From: Planctomycetota bacterium
GTDB lineage: Bacteria; Planctomycetota; UBA8108; SXIK01
DNA length: 64,000 nucleotides
Assembly (NCBI GenBank): GCA_965223265.1
Contig: OZ244999.1
Location: forward strand, 5,344,001-5,408,000
Reading direction: 5' to 3'
In this document: positions 47,462-58,286 of the stretch, piece after piece
Position numbering within the stretch: the stretch's first letter is position 1
Layout: each line of letters begins with the position of its first letter
The notes under the pieces: generated by a model
What the model saw: only the letters and a program-made list of their open reading frames with translations
Database searches by the model: none
What the model was told of the DNA's origin: nothing
Made by a program: the position numbers and the translations under genes

Positions 47462-50400
47462 TCAACTTCTTCTTGCAAATGAATCTTAGGCGTCGGCAAA
47501 AAATACGTGAGTGTGACGTCGTCGATGACTGGCGTGGCGACGGAACCACCACTCGTGTTTCCCGTAACGCCTTTTGCGGCCTGGAATCGAAAACGGTAGC
47601 CGACTTTAACATGGTCACCCTGAACACCAGTCGCACGCCGTGCTGCCCGACGACCGGCGATGCGATTGACAGGTTCCTGCAGCTGCCACGGCTCGATGAA
47701 GCCGCCCGGGATCGTGCTGTTTCCGACCGGGAGATAGACGACTTCAGCCTGGATCTGCATATCGCTGCGTCGCAGCGGCTGAGGAATCTGCTGCGGCAAA
47801 GAATCCGTGAACATCGCCGGATAGTACGACGTCCAGTCGAACGATCGGAGCATGATCGAGTCAACGCTCGGCGGCAACGGCACGTCGAACACGTTCGCGT
47901 ATTCGCATGGACGGTTCGTGTAGTAGCCAGGCGACTGCGCCACAAGGTAGTTCTTCACACCCGGGAAGGCGCCGTCAAACACAATGAATTCGTCGATCGT
48001 GGCGTTCGCCATGAATCGCTTGACGTTGCGCTCAACCTCGACGATTCCGCCGCGCCCCTGACCAGCGCTCGTCGAGTTCGTGTACCACTTGAACAGGCCG
48101 TAGTTTGAGTCACCCTGCTCCCGGATAAACCCACCTATGTGGAGGCCATCTTTGGGTTGCCGCTCGTTCAGGCGCACCCAGGAGTTCGCCGAACCGATAT
48201 CGCCCTGCGCGTGAATCGGCCCGCCGCCGGCGCGGCTCTCCTGAAAGTCGACGTAGAGGCGCACCGAAAGATTCGGATTCTGATCGTCCCAGTCGATCGC
48301 GATGTGGTGCCACTCATGCGCCTTGAAGTGGCGAATCGGCACCATGATGTCGGTGCGCGAGATAATCTTCTGCGGATCGAGCAACTCGAGAATCGGGTTG
48401 CTCTCGTTGTCTGCGATCACCTGTGGGTAGAGCTGCGAGACGCCGTCGCCGCCTTCTCCAATCGAATGGAGAAATGCTTGGTGGTAGTACATGCGGACGA
48501 CGCGGAGCTGGCCGATCGAATTCTTGAAGATATAGAACTGAGAGCCTTCAGAGCCACTGAAGTCTGCACCGTTCTGACTGACTTCACGCACCACCTGGGT
48601 GGACGAGACCAGTCCGGAGAACACAGGGTCGTCGCCGTTGAACTCGAACTTGACCCAAAACCCAATGCCGCCGCGATAATAAGGCACGTTACCGAGCGTG
48701 TTCTGACCGCGGCTCCCAAGCCCCGAGGCGCCAACCTTGACCACACCGCTTTCCTCACGGCCAAGATCGATCCGCTGCCGTGCGGGCATCGACAGATGCC
48801 GGCTAGCGATGTGGCTGGTGCGCACGATCGACGAGTGCAGGCCGTCGGGGAAGACGTCAGTCCCCAGCACTTCCTTGTTGATCAGAGGATCTCGCGGGAT
48901 CGCCGCTTCATTGGTGTAGGCCTGATAGTTCAGCACCTCGGCGCGGCGATAGAACTTATCCATGCGGGCGCCAAAACGTGAGAAGGGGGCGTCAAAGAGG
49001 TCACGCAGCGCGTCGGTAAACTCCTCGGTGAAGAGGCTTGTGCTGCCGCCCTGCTTGACGCGGCGAAGACGGCTGAGGGACTGCGATGGACGAGAGTCGA
49101 AACCATTCGTCACCGTGATCGACGGGTGCGATGCACGATATGTCTGCGGCCGACTCAAATAGGCGCCTTCCATGCGGCGGCCGTCCAAAAGCCCTGCCAC
49201 CTCGATGCGCCCATCGCGCACGCTTCCCGCAGTCACCAGTTCTGTCAAAGCTTCCATCGGTTCTGGCCAGGTGACGACATTTTTGCGGTTGTTGACGCTG
49301 GAAAGCGCGCCGACACCCTGGAACGTCTTTTCGAAGTGGTACTGGTTCGTGTGCCGGAGGACTCCATACGTCTGCACGACCGTACGAACGCGGCGCTCGA
49401 ACGGACGTCGAAACGGCACCGGCATGCCAAGCTGTCCCCGCCCTCTCGACGAAGTCGTGGTCGAGCTCTGCGCCGTGCGATCGGAGATGGGCCCGATCTG
49501 TCCCAAGCTGGTGATTTCGTAGTACCCCATGGAGTCGAAAGCGAACTCCGTGGTGTTGCCTTTGAACAGATTGAAGTTGTCCTGCGCCCAGACCAAGTCG
49601 GACTTGTCCACCGGCACGTACACCGCAGCGTTTGGGTTGTAGCGATTGATGCGCGTGTTGGGATTGAAGTTCGCTTTGAGGACGCCTTTGACGAGCTCGT
49701 AGTACCATGCGTTCTGATCGTGAAACCCGATCCCCGCCTGGCGGTACGTGCCGCGCGTGCTGCCAACATCGGTCCCCTTGATCCAGAGGCGCCCGACGGG
49801 GCTTGTGGCGCCGCCCGACACCAAAGCGCGTTTGATCTGCTGGTTGTTCGGCTGGTCCGGGTCGATCACGAGAGCGTTGGTCGGCGATGGAAAAAAGCTC
49901 GTCTCCAGGAGATCGACGAAATCTTCGAATCCTTGACGCCCCTGGTCGTTCGTCCGCCAAGCCATGAACGGCCGGATCTTTCGCCGCACGATGATTTGCT
50001 CCGCCAGTCGCTTTGCATGCTGGTATTCCAGCCGCGGGCTGTAGACGAAAATCGCCCGCGGCAGCACGCTGCCAACCTCCTCCTGCGCGGTGAGGCGACG
50101 ACCTAGGATCTGCGCCCCGGCATCGACCTGCGGCGCCATTGTCGCGTTGATGCCAGCACCACCCCCGAGGAACGAGAAGGGAAAAACGCGCCGCCCCGCA
50201 AGTCCTTGCAGACAAGCAATCAGCACCTCTTCGGGTGCGGTGTTGAGGTTGACCGGATACCGCGGCTGTCGCTCCATGCGCGGCTGAGCCGACGCCGGCG
50301 GCTGAGACTGCTGGGCGCTGCTACCACCCAGCCCGCCCGTCGAACCGAGAAGCTCCGGCACCTCGTTGAGACCATCAAGCGGCCCGAACACGTCACTGTC

Positions 50401-51132
50401 CAGCCAGCCATAGCAGGTCACGAAGTCCTTGACGATTTCATAATTCTCATCGCCAATCAGCTGCCGCAGCTGCGTCTTCGACGTGAATTGACCGCCAGGA
50501 AGGCGACGACGCAGTCGCACGATGTCCGCGCCGCGAATCCGCTGCCCGCTCCGGTTCGGTCCTTCATAGAACGGGTTAGTGATCTTCCGGCCACCACGTT
50601 TGAGTCGCTCACTGCTATCGATCGCTTGGCCAAGGTTGTCGAGCATGCGAGCGAGCGTATCCTGACGACCGTTCAAATTGATCTGTGAGGCGCAGTCGAT
50701 CACCTTGGTGTTGATCCACTGCTCGACGCCCGAGCGGCGTGCGAACATCTCCCAGCGGCTGACGCGGCGGTTGTTCATATCGACACGGCCGTGCGCCATA
50801 GTGTCCTCATCGCGCAGACGATAAAGCCACGGATTGTCTGTGTAGACCGAGAAGCTGCGAAAGTTCTTCGCCCCCTGCAGTTCGGCGATCGCGCGGCTGA
50901 GTCCAGTTTCGAGCAGAAAGTCCATCTGCCGTGCTTCGAGGTAGTTGTCGGTAGCAGCTCGTTCCAGGCGCATGAGCTGTGCGAATGCCGTACCCAGAAC
51001 GGCCATAATCGTCAGCACGCCGAGCGCAATGATCAGCACCGCACCGCGCTCGCCGCGGTCAGAACTGCCAGAGCGGCACCGACCGTGTGAACACGGCAAC
51101 TGCGAGGAACGTTGAGAGATCCATCGCCTCAT
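47458..51132 (-). CDS. Giant GspK/PilX-like minor pilin with HhH motifs and LamG/ConA-like C-terminal domain
   Basis: RGAVLIIALGVLTIMAVLG (no Glu5), IDCASQINLN and VNLNTAPEEVL GspK motifs, GIGFWVK...WHHIAIDWD...TIDEF LamG motifs. Confidence 0.82.
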   Translation of the reverse strand: MRRWISQRSSQLPCSHGRCRSGSSDRGERGAVLIIALGVLTIMAVLGTAFAQLMRLERAATDNYLEARQMDFLLETGLSRAIAELQGAKNFRSFSVYTDNPWLYRLRDEDTMAHGRVDMNNRRVSRWEMFARRSGVEQWINTKVIDCASQINLNGRQDTLARMLDNLGQAIDSSERLKRGGRKITNPFYEGPNRSGQRIRGADIVRLRRRLPGGQFTSKTQLRQLIGDENYEIVKDFVTCYGWLDSDVFGPLDGLNEVPELLGSTGGLGGSSAQQSQPPASAQPRMERQPRYPVNLNTAPEEVLIACLQGLAGRRVFPFSFLGGGAGINATMAPQVDAGAQILGRRLTAQEEVGSVLPRAIFVYSPRLEYQHAKRLAEQIIVRRKIRPFMAWRTNDQGRQGFEDFVDLLETSFFPSPTNALVIDPDQPNNQQIKRALVSGGATSPVGRLWIKGTDVGSTRGTYRQAGIGFHDQNAWYYELVKGVLKANFNPNTRINRYNPNAAVYVPVDKSDLVWAQDNFNLFKGNTTEFAFDSMGYYEITSLGQIGPISDRTAQSSTTTSSRGRGQLGMPVPFRRPFERRVRTVVQTYGVLRHTNQYHFEKTFQGVGALSSVNNRKNVVTWPEPMEALTELVTAGSVRDGRIEVAGLLDGRRMEGAYLSRPQTYRASHPSITVTNGFDSRPSQSLSRLRRVKQGGSTSLFTEEFTDALRDLFDAPFSRFGARMDKFYRRAEVLNYQAYTNEAAIPRDPLINKEVLGTDVFPDGLHSSIVRTSHIASRHLSMPARQRIDLGREESGVVKVGASGLGSRGQNTLGNVPYYRGGIGFWVKFEFNGDDPVFSGLVSSTQVVREVSQNGADFSGSEGSQFYIFKNSIGQLRVVRMYYHQAFLHSIGEGGDGVSQLYPQVIADNESNPILELLDPQKIISRTDIMVPIRHFKAHEWHHIAIDWDDQNPNLSVRLYVDFQESRAGGGPIHAQGDIGSANSWVRLNERQPKDGLHIGGFIREQGDSNYGLFKWYTNSTSAGQGRGGIVEVERNVKRFMANATIDEFIVFDGAFPGVKNYLVAQSPGYYTNRPCEYANVFDVPLPPSVDSIMLRSFDWTSYYPAMFTDSLPQQIPQPLRRSDMQIQAEVVYLPVGNSTIPGGFIEPWQLQEPVNRIAGRRAARRATGVQGDHVKVGYRFRFQAAKGVTGNTSGGSVATPVIDDVTLTYFLPTPKIHLQEEVE

Positions 51133-51669
51133 GTCAAAGCTCTCCCTGAAACCTGCTGAGGAGACTGTTACCCAGCGGTCTGGTTGTGTTCGTGGACGCG
51201 GCGTAAGTCACGGTCGCTTCCGAATGTCTTCCGAATGTCTTCTGGCTCACGAGCGAATTGTCTGCCGGGCATTCTGCATCAAAGACAGACGTGGCGGTCG
51301 CTCTGTTGCATCAAACGCTCCGCTCAACGGCCCGGCTGGAACGGTTGATATAGTAACAGTTGGACGAACTCCTCCGTCGTCAATCCCTCGCTCAGCCCGG
51401 AAACAGTCACGCATTCTTTAAACGCACTTCTCATTCTGCCGCTCATTTGCCATTCGTCCTGCACTCGCTCATTCGCACCCAACGCGGCCTCGTCGTGCCC
51501 GTCGCAGATCGCCAACTCGTGACGCGGACATAACATGTGACGAGACCCTGAGCCGGAAGCCCTCAGTTTAGCACACCAGCATAAGTTCCCCAACGGGCTT
51601 CGGGGACGGTCGCAGACTTCTTGCAGCAGTTTTAGGGTAGGCTCGGGACGGCGCGGCCGATCCTGGGCC

Positions 51670-52794
51670 TCAGTTAGACTCAGGCGAAGCCCCGCCTTCA
51701 CTCACGACGAGGCCGAGCTTGGTCCGCACCTCACGATCCAGTTTCTCCAGAAGTGGTGGGTTTTCGTCCAAAAACTGCACCGAACGGTCACGCCCTTGGC
51801 CGAGGCGAACCTCGCCGTAGGAATGCCACGTACCACTCCGCGCCACGACGTCGTTTTCGACCGCAAGGTCAAGCAGATCACCGATATACGACACGCCTTG
51901 GTTGAAAAGGATGTCGAACTCTGCCTGTCGAAACGGCGGTGCCACCTTGTTCTTGACGACTTTGACACGGGTCCGGTTACCACGCACGCGATCGCCCTCT
52001 TTGAGCGCGGCAATGCGCCGGATATCAAAACGCATGGAGGAGTAAAACTTGAGGGCTCGACCGCCGGTCGTGGTCTCAGGGCTACCAAACATCACACCGA
52101 TCTTTTCACGGATCTGGTTGATGAAAATCAGGCACGTCTGGGATTTGTTGACGATCGCGGTGAGCTTGCGCATGGCCTGCGACATGAGCCGAGCGTGCAA
52201 ACCGACATGCGAGTCACCGATCTCGCCTTCGAGCTCCGCACGCGGCACGAGAGCTGCAACCGAATCGACGACGACGACGCTAATGGCGTTTGAAGAGATG
52301 AGCATCTCGGCAATCTCAAGCGCCTGCTCTCCCGAGTCCGGCTGCGAGACGAGAAGCGTGTCGAGGTTCACCCCAAGCCGTTTCGCGTAAGCTGGGTCGA
52401 GAGCGTGCTCGGCATCGATGAACGCGGCGTTGCCCCCAGCGCGCTGGGCATTGGCAACGATGTGCAGAGTCAAAGTGGTCTTGCCGGAAGACTCCGGTCC
52501 GAAGATCTCAACGATGCGCCCCTGCGGCACACCACCGACGCCCGTCGCAACATCGAGAGACGGTGAACCGGTCGAAATGACCGGTACGTTCGCCTTGTAG
52601 TCAGCACCCAGGTACATGATCGAGCCCTGACCACAGCGCTTCTGGATCTGCCCCAAGGTGAACTCAAGAGCCTGGTTTTGCTGCTTGTCATCATCTGCAG
52701 CCCGGCCCTTTGTCGCCCGTGTGCCGTTGCTGCGGCTGCGGGACGTGGTCTCAGCCGACGCTCGTGAGCTGGTGGACGTTTTCATTTTTCCCAT
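51670..52794 (-). CDS. recA: Recombinase RecA
   Basis: [59 protein letters not shown]. Confidence 0.99.
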   Translation of the reverse strand: MGKMKTSTSSRASAETTSRSRSNGTRATKGRAADDDKQQNQALEFTLGQIQKRCGQGSIMYLGADYKANVPVISTGSPSLDVATGVGGVPQGRIVEIFGPESSGKTTLTLHIVANAQRAGGNAAFIDAEHALDPAYAKRLGVNLDTLLVSQPDSGEQALEIAEMLISSNAISVVVVDSVAALVPRAELEGEIGDSHVGLHARLMSQAMRKLTAIVNKSQTCLIFINQIREKIGVMFGSPETTTGGRALKFYSSMRFDIRRIAALKEGDRVRGNRTRVKVVKNKVAPPFRQAEFDILFNQGVSYIGDLLDLAVENDVVARSGTWHSYGEVRLGQGRDRSVQFLDENPPLLEKLDREVRTKLGLVVSEGGASPESN

Positions 52795-52926
52795 GCGGAT
52801 TCACTTCCTTTCTTGGCTCAACGGCCTTTCTTGGCTCAACCGCTTCGCAAAAACTTTTTTACTTCAACGACGTTGACTCTTTCTCGCACGTGCTGGCGTG
52901 CGACCTCTTGCACCGTGACTTCGCCT

Positions 52927-53322
52927 CTACTCTTCACCGCCCCGAAGCCGCTCTCGCACTTCGAGGTCGATCGCCCGCCGCTCCGCAGCAGTGATCTCGT
53001 CTTGTTCACGCTGCAGTGACTTGTAGTACGCATCGATCTCGCGCTCGGTCCGGCCTGGAAAGTTCCCCAGCCGGTCAGCGAGAGAGTAAGAGATCTCCTG
53101 GCGCTGAACGAGCTGCCGTTTGTAGCTCAGCGCTTCCATTTCCGACAACCGCCGGTCCTTGTCGTTACAGCCCGTCACCGCAGACACGGCGACACCGATC
53201 AGCAGCGCGGAAGCGACAAACCGGCGAGCCCAAAAACAGACGCCCCGATCACGACGCGACTTGCGACGAGGCGCAGTACCGCTGCAGGTGGTCTCGACAA
53301 CAACACGACGTTCGGCAGCCAT
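52927..53322 (-). CDS. Hypothetical lipoprotein
   Basis: FVASALLIGVAVSAVTGC lipobox, helical charged C-terminus; start uncertain. Confidence 0.55.
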   Translation of the reverse strand: MAAERRVVVETTCSGTAPRRKSRRDRGVCFWARRFVASALLIGVAVSAVTGCNDKDRRLSEMEALSYKRQLVQRQEISYSLADRLGNFPGRTEREIDAYYKSLQREQDEITAAERRAIDLEVRERLRGGEE

Positions 53323-53643
53323 TCGCTCAGCTGCCAGGCATTCGGTGTAGAAAGAGGATCTCATGTGACGAGGAAAGCCTCGGGATGAACAGTGGAGAAA
53401 GGGCGGAAGAACTCCAGCCAGCGCAGCGGTTCTGCCGACCGACATGGACGCAACGAGACAGACACAACACCGATGGCATGCGCGCCGCGGCTTCCCAAAA
53501 CGAACGCGCCTTCAAACGCTGAACGTCAGACGACGAACGCCAGAAGACTCTGCGGAAAGGGTTGCCTTGTCCTGGTAAGAGGTCCACCCATACCCGACCC
53601 TTACCAGGTGACTGCAAGACGTGAAATACCGACTTGAACGGTC

Positions 53644-53671
53644 ATTGTAGAAGGCGACTTCGACGCATCAA
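53644..53671 (-). promoter_or_regulatory. Sigma70-type promoter toward lipoprotein/recA
   Basis: Minus strand TTGATG-N16-TACAAT just downstream of the tRNA terminator. Confidence 0.45.
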
Positions 53672-53672
53672 G

Positions 53673-53707
53673 GAAAAAGGGTTCACGACGAACGTCGCAA
53701 ACCCTTT
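53673..53707 (-). terminator. Intrinsic terminator of tRNA-Ile2
   Basis: Minus strand AAAGGGTTTGCGACG-TT-CGTCGTGAACCCTTTTT. Confidence 0.75.
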
Positions 53708-53717
53708 GGCGTCATCT

Positions 53718-53794
53718 TGGTGGGCCCAGCAGGACTCGAACCTGCGACCCGGAGATTATGAGTCCCCTGCTCTAACCAACTGAGCTATAGGCCC
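53718..53794 (-). tRNA. tRNA-Ile2(CAT), lysidine type
   Basis: GGGCCTATAGCTCAGTTGGTTAGAGCAGGGGACTCATAATCTCC...GGGCCCACCA; Ile2-type body (Met less likely). Confidence 0.93.
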
Positions 53795-53919
53795 CCAGCC
53801 GGCGCCTATCATGCCCGCAATGCCGCCCGGAGTGAAGAGGGGGCCCGCTGGCGCAATATCGGTGCGGCATGACCCGGTCGCGGCAGGTGCAGGAACCGTT
53901 CTCTGCCGGCAGCGGCACA

Positions 53920-54393
53920 TCAGATGCCCTGAGGCCGCACCTTGTCTAGAATCTCACGGGCGATCGCTTGTTCTTCAAGCGGCAACCGCTGCAGCGGCTT
54001 CCAGCGCTCGACTCCCATGAACTGATTGCGGCTCTGATACACCGTGCCTGGGTCGCCGCTGTGGGGTGGCTGCCCCCACTCGACGTACTCGGTTACCGTC
54101 ACGCGCGGCTCAAAAGCGCCGGTGAAGTTCGGCCTGACGGCAATCGATATCTGCTTGCGGCTTTTCGCGGTGCCGTTCAGCTCGACCTCCGTCAAAGCGT
54201 ACAGCTGCGCGTACCGCTCGGTCGACGAACTCATCGCATAGCGCTGCGACAAAACCTCGCGTGCTGCCGCGAAAACCTGGTCTCGATGAGGCGCAGTCTC
54301 GGGCAGCGTCGACTGACACCCGGTCGCGGCCACCATCGAGAGAACAGCCGCTGAGACGATCGCCGCACCTGCACTAGTGGAGAAACGGGTCAT
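53920..54393 (-). CDS. Hypothetical lipoprotein
   Basis: AAGGA RBS, AAIVSAAVLSMVAATGC lipobox, DQVFAAAREVLSQRY. Confidence 0.7.
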   Translation of the reverse strand: MTRFSTSAGAAIVSAAVLSMVAATGCQSTLPETAPHRDQVFAAAREVLSQRYAMSSSTERYAQLYALTEVELNGTAKSRKQISIAVRPNFTGAFEPRVTVTEYVEWGQPPHSGDPGTVYQSRNQFMGVERWKPLQRLPLEEQAIAREILDKVRPQGI

Positions 54394-54752
54394 GCGAGAT
54401 AATCCTTCCATCGTGTGAGACCGACCGCAGAGCGCGCCTCGTGCCCGCAACCGAATCGCTGCCGACCGACGAACGCTCTTGGCGCCCACCGATCCAGTTG
54501 GCGATGAGACTTCCGCTCCAAAGTTGAGGTTCAACTCTCTTCGGCGACTTCTCATCCTAAACGCGGACGAAAACAGCCTCAAGAAAAACCAAACCGTGCG
54601 GCGCCACCCGAACACTGGGCTCACAAACTGGCGACAGTCCCAAGCGAGCGCCCGCGCGGTCCGCCCATGGGCAAGGCACACACCCGAGTGCGACTCAACG
54701 CGAGATCACGCCTGGAGCCCACCAGGAGAGATCGTAGGAGCGTCTCTGTACC

Positions 54753-55115
54753 TTATGGGGCAGACGAGTCGCCGCTGACTTCCGGGCTGGGAACCTGCAC
54801 CCCAGAAGATTCGCCCGCGCCGTCGTCGTCTTCGCGCTGAATCTTCTTCTTCATGAGACGACCGACTTTGAACTTAACTGTCGTCTTCTCAGGAACTTGA
54901 ACCTTGTCACCGGTGCGCGGATTGCGCGCCACACGCTGCGCCTTTGACTTCGGCTCGAAGACACCGAAGTCTCTGAACTCGAGACGATTGCCGTTGGCAA
55001 GCTCGTTGATGATCTCGTCGAGGAAGCTCTGGATCACCTCTTTTGCACTCACCTGCTGCACGCCCGTCTTCTCGGCGATTCGCTGCACCAGCTCACGTTT
55101 CGTTATGGTTTGCAT
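54753..55115 (-). CDS. HU/IHF-family nucleoid protein
   Basis: TKRELVQRIA, FRDFGVF, ARNPRTG, VKFKVG. Confidence 0.95.
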   Translation of the reverse strand: MQTITKRELVQRIAEKTGVQQVSAKEVIQSFLDEIINELANGNRLEFRDFGVFEPKSKAQRVARNPRTGDKVQVPEKTTVKFKVGRLMKKKIQREDDDGAGESSGVQVPSPEVSGDSSAP

Positions 55116-55514
55116 CCGACGACTCCTTGAGTACCCGACTCAACGCGGCAGACGAACGACTTGTTCGGCCCCTGCTCGCCCGGTCGAGCTCCATAGAGTA
55201 TTACCTCTATTTCAGTTACGTCTCAAGCGAAGATATCCCAATCATGCGGCCGAGACAAGCGCCGATCTTTTGAAAACAGGCACAACTCGTTTCCGTAGAA
55301 AGGGTTAAAGCCTGCAACAAAGACGCCACAGAGACCACCTTCGCGGCCTCATCGGCAGCGTTTACCGGCCCCCTTCGGCTAGAGGCTTAGGCGCTTTTGG
55401 GTCCAGGACTTATGGCCCTCGTTCAGAAAAAAGGGGGCACCGCCGATAGCACCAGGAAGCGCGCAAGGGTTGGGGAATCATTTGCGCCGGTCTGACCGCG
55501 GAGGAGGGTCAACA

Positions 55515-55703
55515 ATGCTGAGCACGCTCTCAACGGAAGAATTCCAATTCATCAAGGCGATCGAGAAGTACAAAGCAGAGAACAGTAAGACGTTCCTGTC
55601 GTGGTCCGAAGTTCTCAAGATCGTGAAAGACCTGGGCTATCGCCAGCAAGCGCAGCGATCGGCCCCTGAGCCCAAAAAAGGAAGCGGCGGCAGCAGCAGC
55701 TGA
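55515..55703 (+). CDS. Small planctomycete-type hypothetical protein
   Basis: GGAGGAGG RBS; EFQFIKAIEKYK....FLSWSEVL.IVKDLGY pattern recalled from a planctomycete small-protein family. Confidence 0.75.
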   Translation: MLSTLSTEEFQFIKAIEKYKAENSKTFLSWSEVLKIVKDLGYRQQAQRSAPEPKKGSGGSSS

Positions 55704-55719
55704 CACCGAGCGACCGAAT

Positions 55720-57078
55720 TCAGCCGCCGCTGGCTGCAGGGGCGACGCCCTCGTCGTCGCCTGCGGACATCCCCGCATCGTCAACGGCCGGGCCTGGCGC
55801 CGCTTGGCCACTAGCGCGCTGCTCTTCGATCAGCGCCCACCACTCGTCCTGAAGAGCTCCTAGGCTCTTGCCGTAGGTGTTTTCAAACGCCTTGGAGAGC
55901 GACTCTTGCGACTTCAGCTCGTCCAGCAGTAGACGTAGTCGGAAAAGATGATAGCGCTGCTGCAAGTAAACGACGAACCCAAGACCATGAAGGTAGATCG
56001 AACGCACGAGTTCCTCGTCCTCGATCGCCGCCAAACGTACCGGCAGCTGCTCGAAGTGAAGGCGCTGCACCGTTTTGAGACGCCGTGCAATCTCCTCTGA
56101 GGCGGGGGCCTCGCCGAGCAGCTGGGCCAGGCCTTCGTTCAGCCAACCGGGACACAGCGGCGCGATTTCGCGCACGTGCGCGTGCGTCAGCTCATGGCGC
56201 AGCGCACGCTCGATGTGGTCAAGCTCCTGCGGCGACGGAGTGCCGACGGGAACCGGCAGCTTGACTTGCCCATCATAGCGGCCGCCAACCCAGTGCTTCG
56301 CACCGATCGCGGCGTGAAAATCCGCGTCCGGTAAGAGGACGACGACGACGTTCGCTCTCGACCGATGCGCCAACGCCTGGCGCACATGAGCCCCGGCCCG
56401 CCGCACCATACGGCGGTAGCGAGTGAGCTGCTCGCTGTCGATCCGAGTGTCGCTGAAGAGAACGAAACCATCGAGCAGCGTCCGCTTCTGATCCGGTGAG
56501 TGGGCACGTTCGTTCTCCCACCTCTCCAAAAGCTTCTTCGCCTCGACATCACGAGGGTCGCGCTGATGCGCCTCCCGCAGAAGCTGGAGAGCGCGCTCCA
56601 CCTCCCCAGCTCGATAGGCGATGACGGCGAGGATCTTGTAGGCTACGGCTTGGCCTGGATCGAGCTCGATCGCGCGCGTCAGCTCCTCGCGCGCAGACTG
56701 GTCTTCAGCACGCAAGAACGCGACCATTCCCAGCCCGACGTGAACCAGCGGGTCCAGCGCGTCCTGTTTAGCACGCTGAAGAATTCGCTGTGCCTGCCGA
56801 ACCTCACCGACATCGAGCATCTGCATGGCCAGCGCGCTGCGTATTCGAGCCAATACACGCCGGATGTGCGGGCGCTCGGAAGCGGCGGCGCGCTCCAGAG
56901 CTGTTTCGTAAGCCGCGAGCGCCTCGGAAAACTGCCGCCGTTCGTAAAACGCCGCGCCGCGCTTCTCGAGGTCGCCGACCGTGGGCTCTTCGGCCTGGGT
57001 GCTTCGTGTCAGTGCGGCACTCAGCACGAGGCAGCCAGCTGCAGAAACGAAGAGAGCGCGTCGCCAGAGCCGATCCAT
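55720..57078 (-). CDS. TPR-repeat protein with peptidase MA-like domain
   Basis: Signal peptide, TPR helices, WVGGRYDG, LRHELTH...WLNEGLA zincin motif. Confidence 0.88.
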   Translation of the reverse strand: MDRLWRRALFVSAAGCLVLSAALTRSTQAEEPTVGDLEKRGAAFYERRQFSEALAAYETALERAAASERPHIRRVLARIRSALAMQMLDVGEVRQAQRILQRAKQDALDPLVHVGLGMVAFLRAEDQSAREELTRAIELDPGQAVAYKILAVIAYRAGEVERALQLLREAHQRDPRDVEAKKLLERWENERAHSPDQKRTLLDGFVLFSDTRIDSEQLTRYRRMVRRAGAHVRQALAHRSRANVVVVLLPDADFHAAIGAKHWVGGRYDGQVKLPVPVGTPSPQELDHIERALRHELTHAHVREIAPLCPGWLNEGLAQLLGEAPASEEIARRLKTVQRLHFEQLPVRLAAIEDEELVRSIYLHGLGFVVYLQQRYHLFRLRLLLDELKSQESLSKAFENTYGKSLGALQDEWWALIEEQRASGQAAPGPAVDDAGMSAGDDEGVAPAASGG

Positions 57079-57091
57079 GCATGCGGCGGCG

Positions 57092-57865
57092 TCAACGCGC
57101 CCGGGTGAGCTCAAGAACCTCCGCCCCCAGTTTGCGAAAATCCTCCGCGCCGCGCGATTCGGGAGCATACTCAAAGATCGTCTTCCCATGGCTCGAAGCC
57201 TCGGCCAGCTTGACGTTCGTGTGAATGATCGAGTCAAACACCTTGGCCTCGAAGAATCGCCGTATGTCCGCCAGCACTTCGCGGCTCAGGATGGTCCGCA
57301 TATCGTAAAGTGTGGGGATCACGCCGGTGATCTCAAGTGGCATTCCAAGGTGGGATCTGACCTTCTCCACGAACTCAAGCAGTCCGCTCGTACCCTGCAG
57401 CGCGAAAAACTCCGTCTGTAGAGGGACGAAAACTTCCTCCGCGGCTGTCAAGGCGTTGAGAGACAGGAGGCCAAGCGATGGCGGGCAGTCGAAGAGTACG
57501 AAGTCATAGGAGCGGGACTCAAGCAGCGGCGCCATGGCGCGCTGCAGAACCGACTCGCGCCCGATGGCGTTGACCAGTTCGATCTCCGCTCCCGAGAGGT
57601 CGATGTTCGAGGGCATGACCGAGAGATGGGGGCGCAGGTCGAAGCATGTCGCCGCCTCAGCGGTCGATCGCCCCGTGAGTACGGTGTACACACTGTTTTC
57701 GAGTTCGTAAACGTTCACGTTGAGATGGATACTCAGGTTCGCTTGAGGATCCATGTCGACAAGTAGAACGTCTCTCCCTTCGAGAGCCAGAGCAGCCCCG
57801 AGGTTGACAGCGCACGTCGTCTTACCAACGCCGCCCTTCTGATTCATGAACGCGATGCGACGCAG
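57092..57865 (-). CDS. parA: ParA/Soj-family ATPase
   Basis: NQKGGVGKTT, DMDPQAN, DCPPSLG, P.QTEFFAL; CTG start inferred at 57865 (first ATG at 57847). Confidence 0.93.
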   Translation of the reverse strand: MRRIAFMNQKGGVGKTTCAVNLGAALALEGRDVLLVDMDPQANLSIHLNVNVYELENSVYTVLTGRSTAEAATCFDLRPHLSVMPSNIDLSGAEIELVNAIGRESVLQRAMAPLLESRSYDFVLFDCPPSLGLLSLNALTAAEEVFVPLQTEFFALQGTSGLLEFVEKVRSHLGMPLEITGVIPTLYDMRTILSREVLADIRRFFEAKVFDSIIHTNVKLAEASSHGKTIFEYAPESRGAEDFRKLGAEVLELTRAR

Positions 57866-58286
57866 GGCCTCGTCCTCCAGTAGTGGATCGCTGCAATGTC
57901 CGAGAGCGCCGACGCACGCAATAGGCTGCCGGACTACGGGAAGGTCTCAAAGTGAGACTCCCGGCGTCCTACCTTGACGTGATCGCAGCTCGGGTTCAAC
58001 AGTGAGCCCGAAAAGTGTGTCGTGGTGACACAGGCTCGCGGCGAGCGGCCGGCAAGAGATCACGGCAAGAAGTTGGCTGGCTTGGCGGCCTGGCCGCGAG
58101 TTCTGGCCATTTCGAATCGCGCCTGGAATACAGGGAAGACAGGAGGCGTCGAGGCCAGGGAGCGACCCGGGCGCGATCCTGTGCGCGATCGTGGCGGAGA
58201 GGCGAGGCGGGGCGTCGACCTTCCTGGCGCTCGCCGGCGCGCCGGGAAAAGCTTGCTCAACGTGCAAAGGACTTCTCGGCCACGCT

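Noticed and set aside
53718-53794. tRNA-Ile2 as an integration site
   Set aside because: No duplicated 3' end or integrase seen in the window
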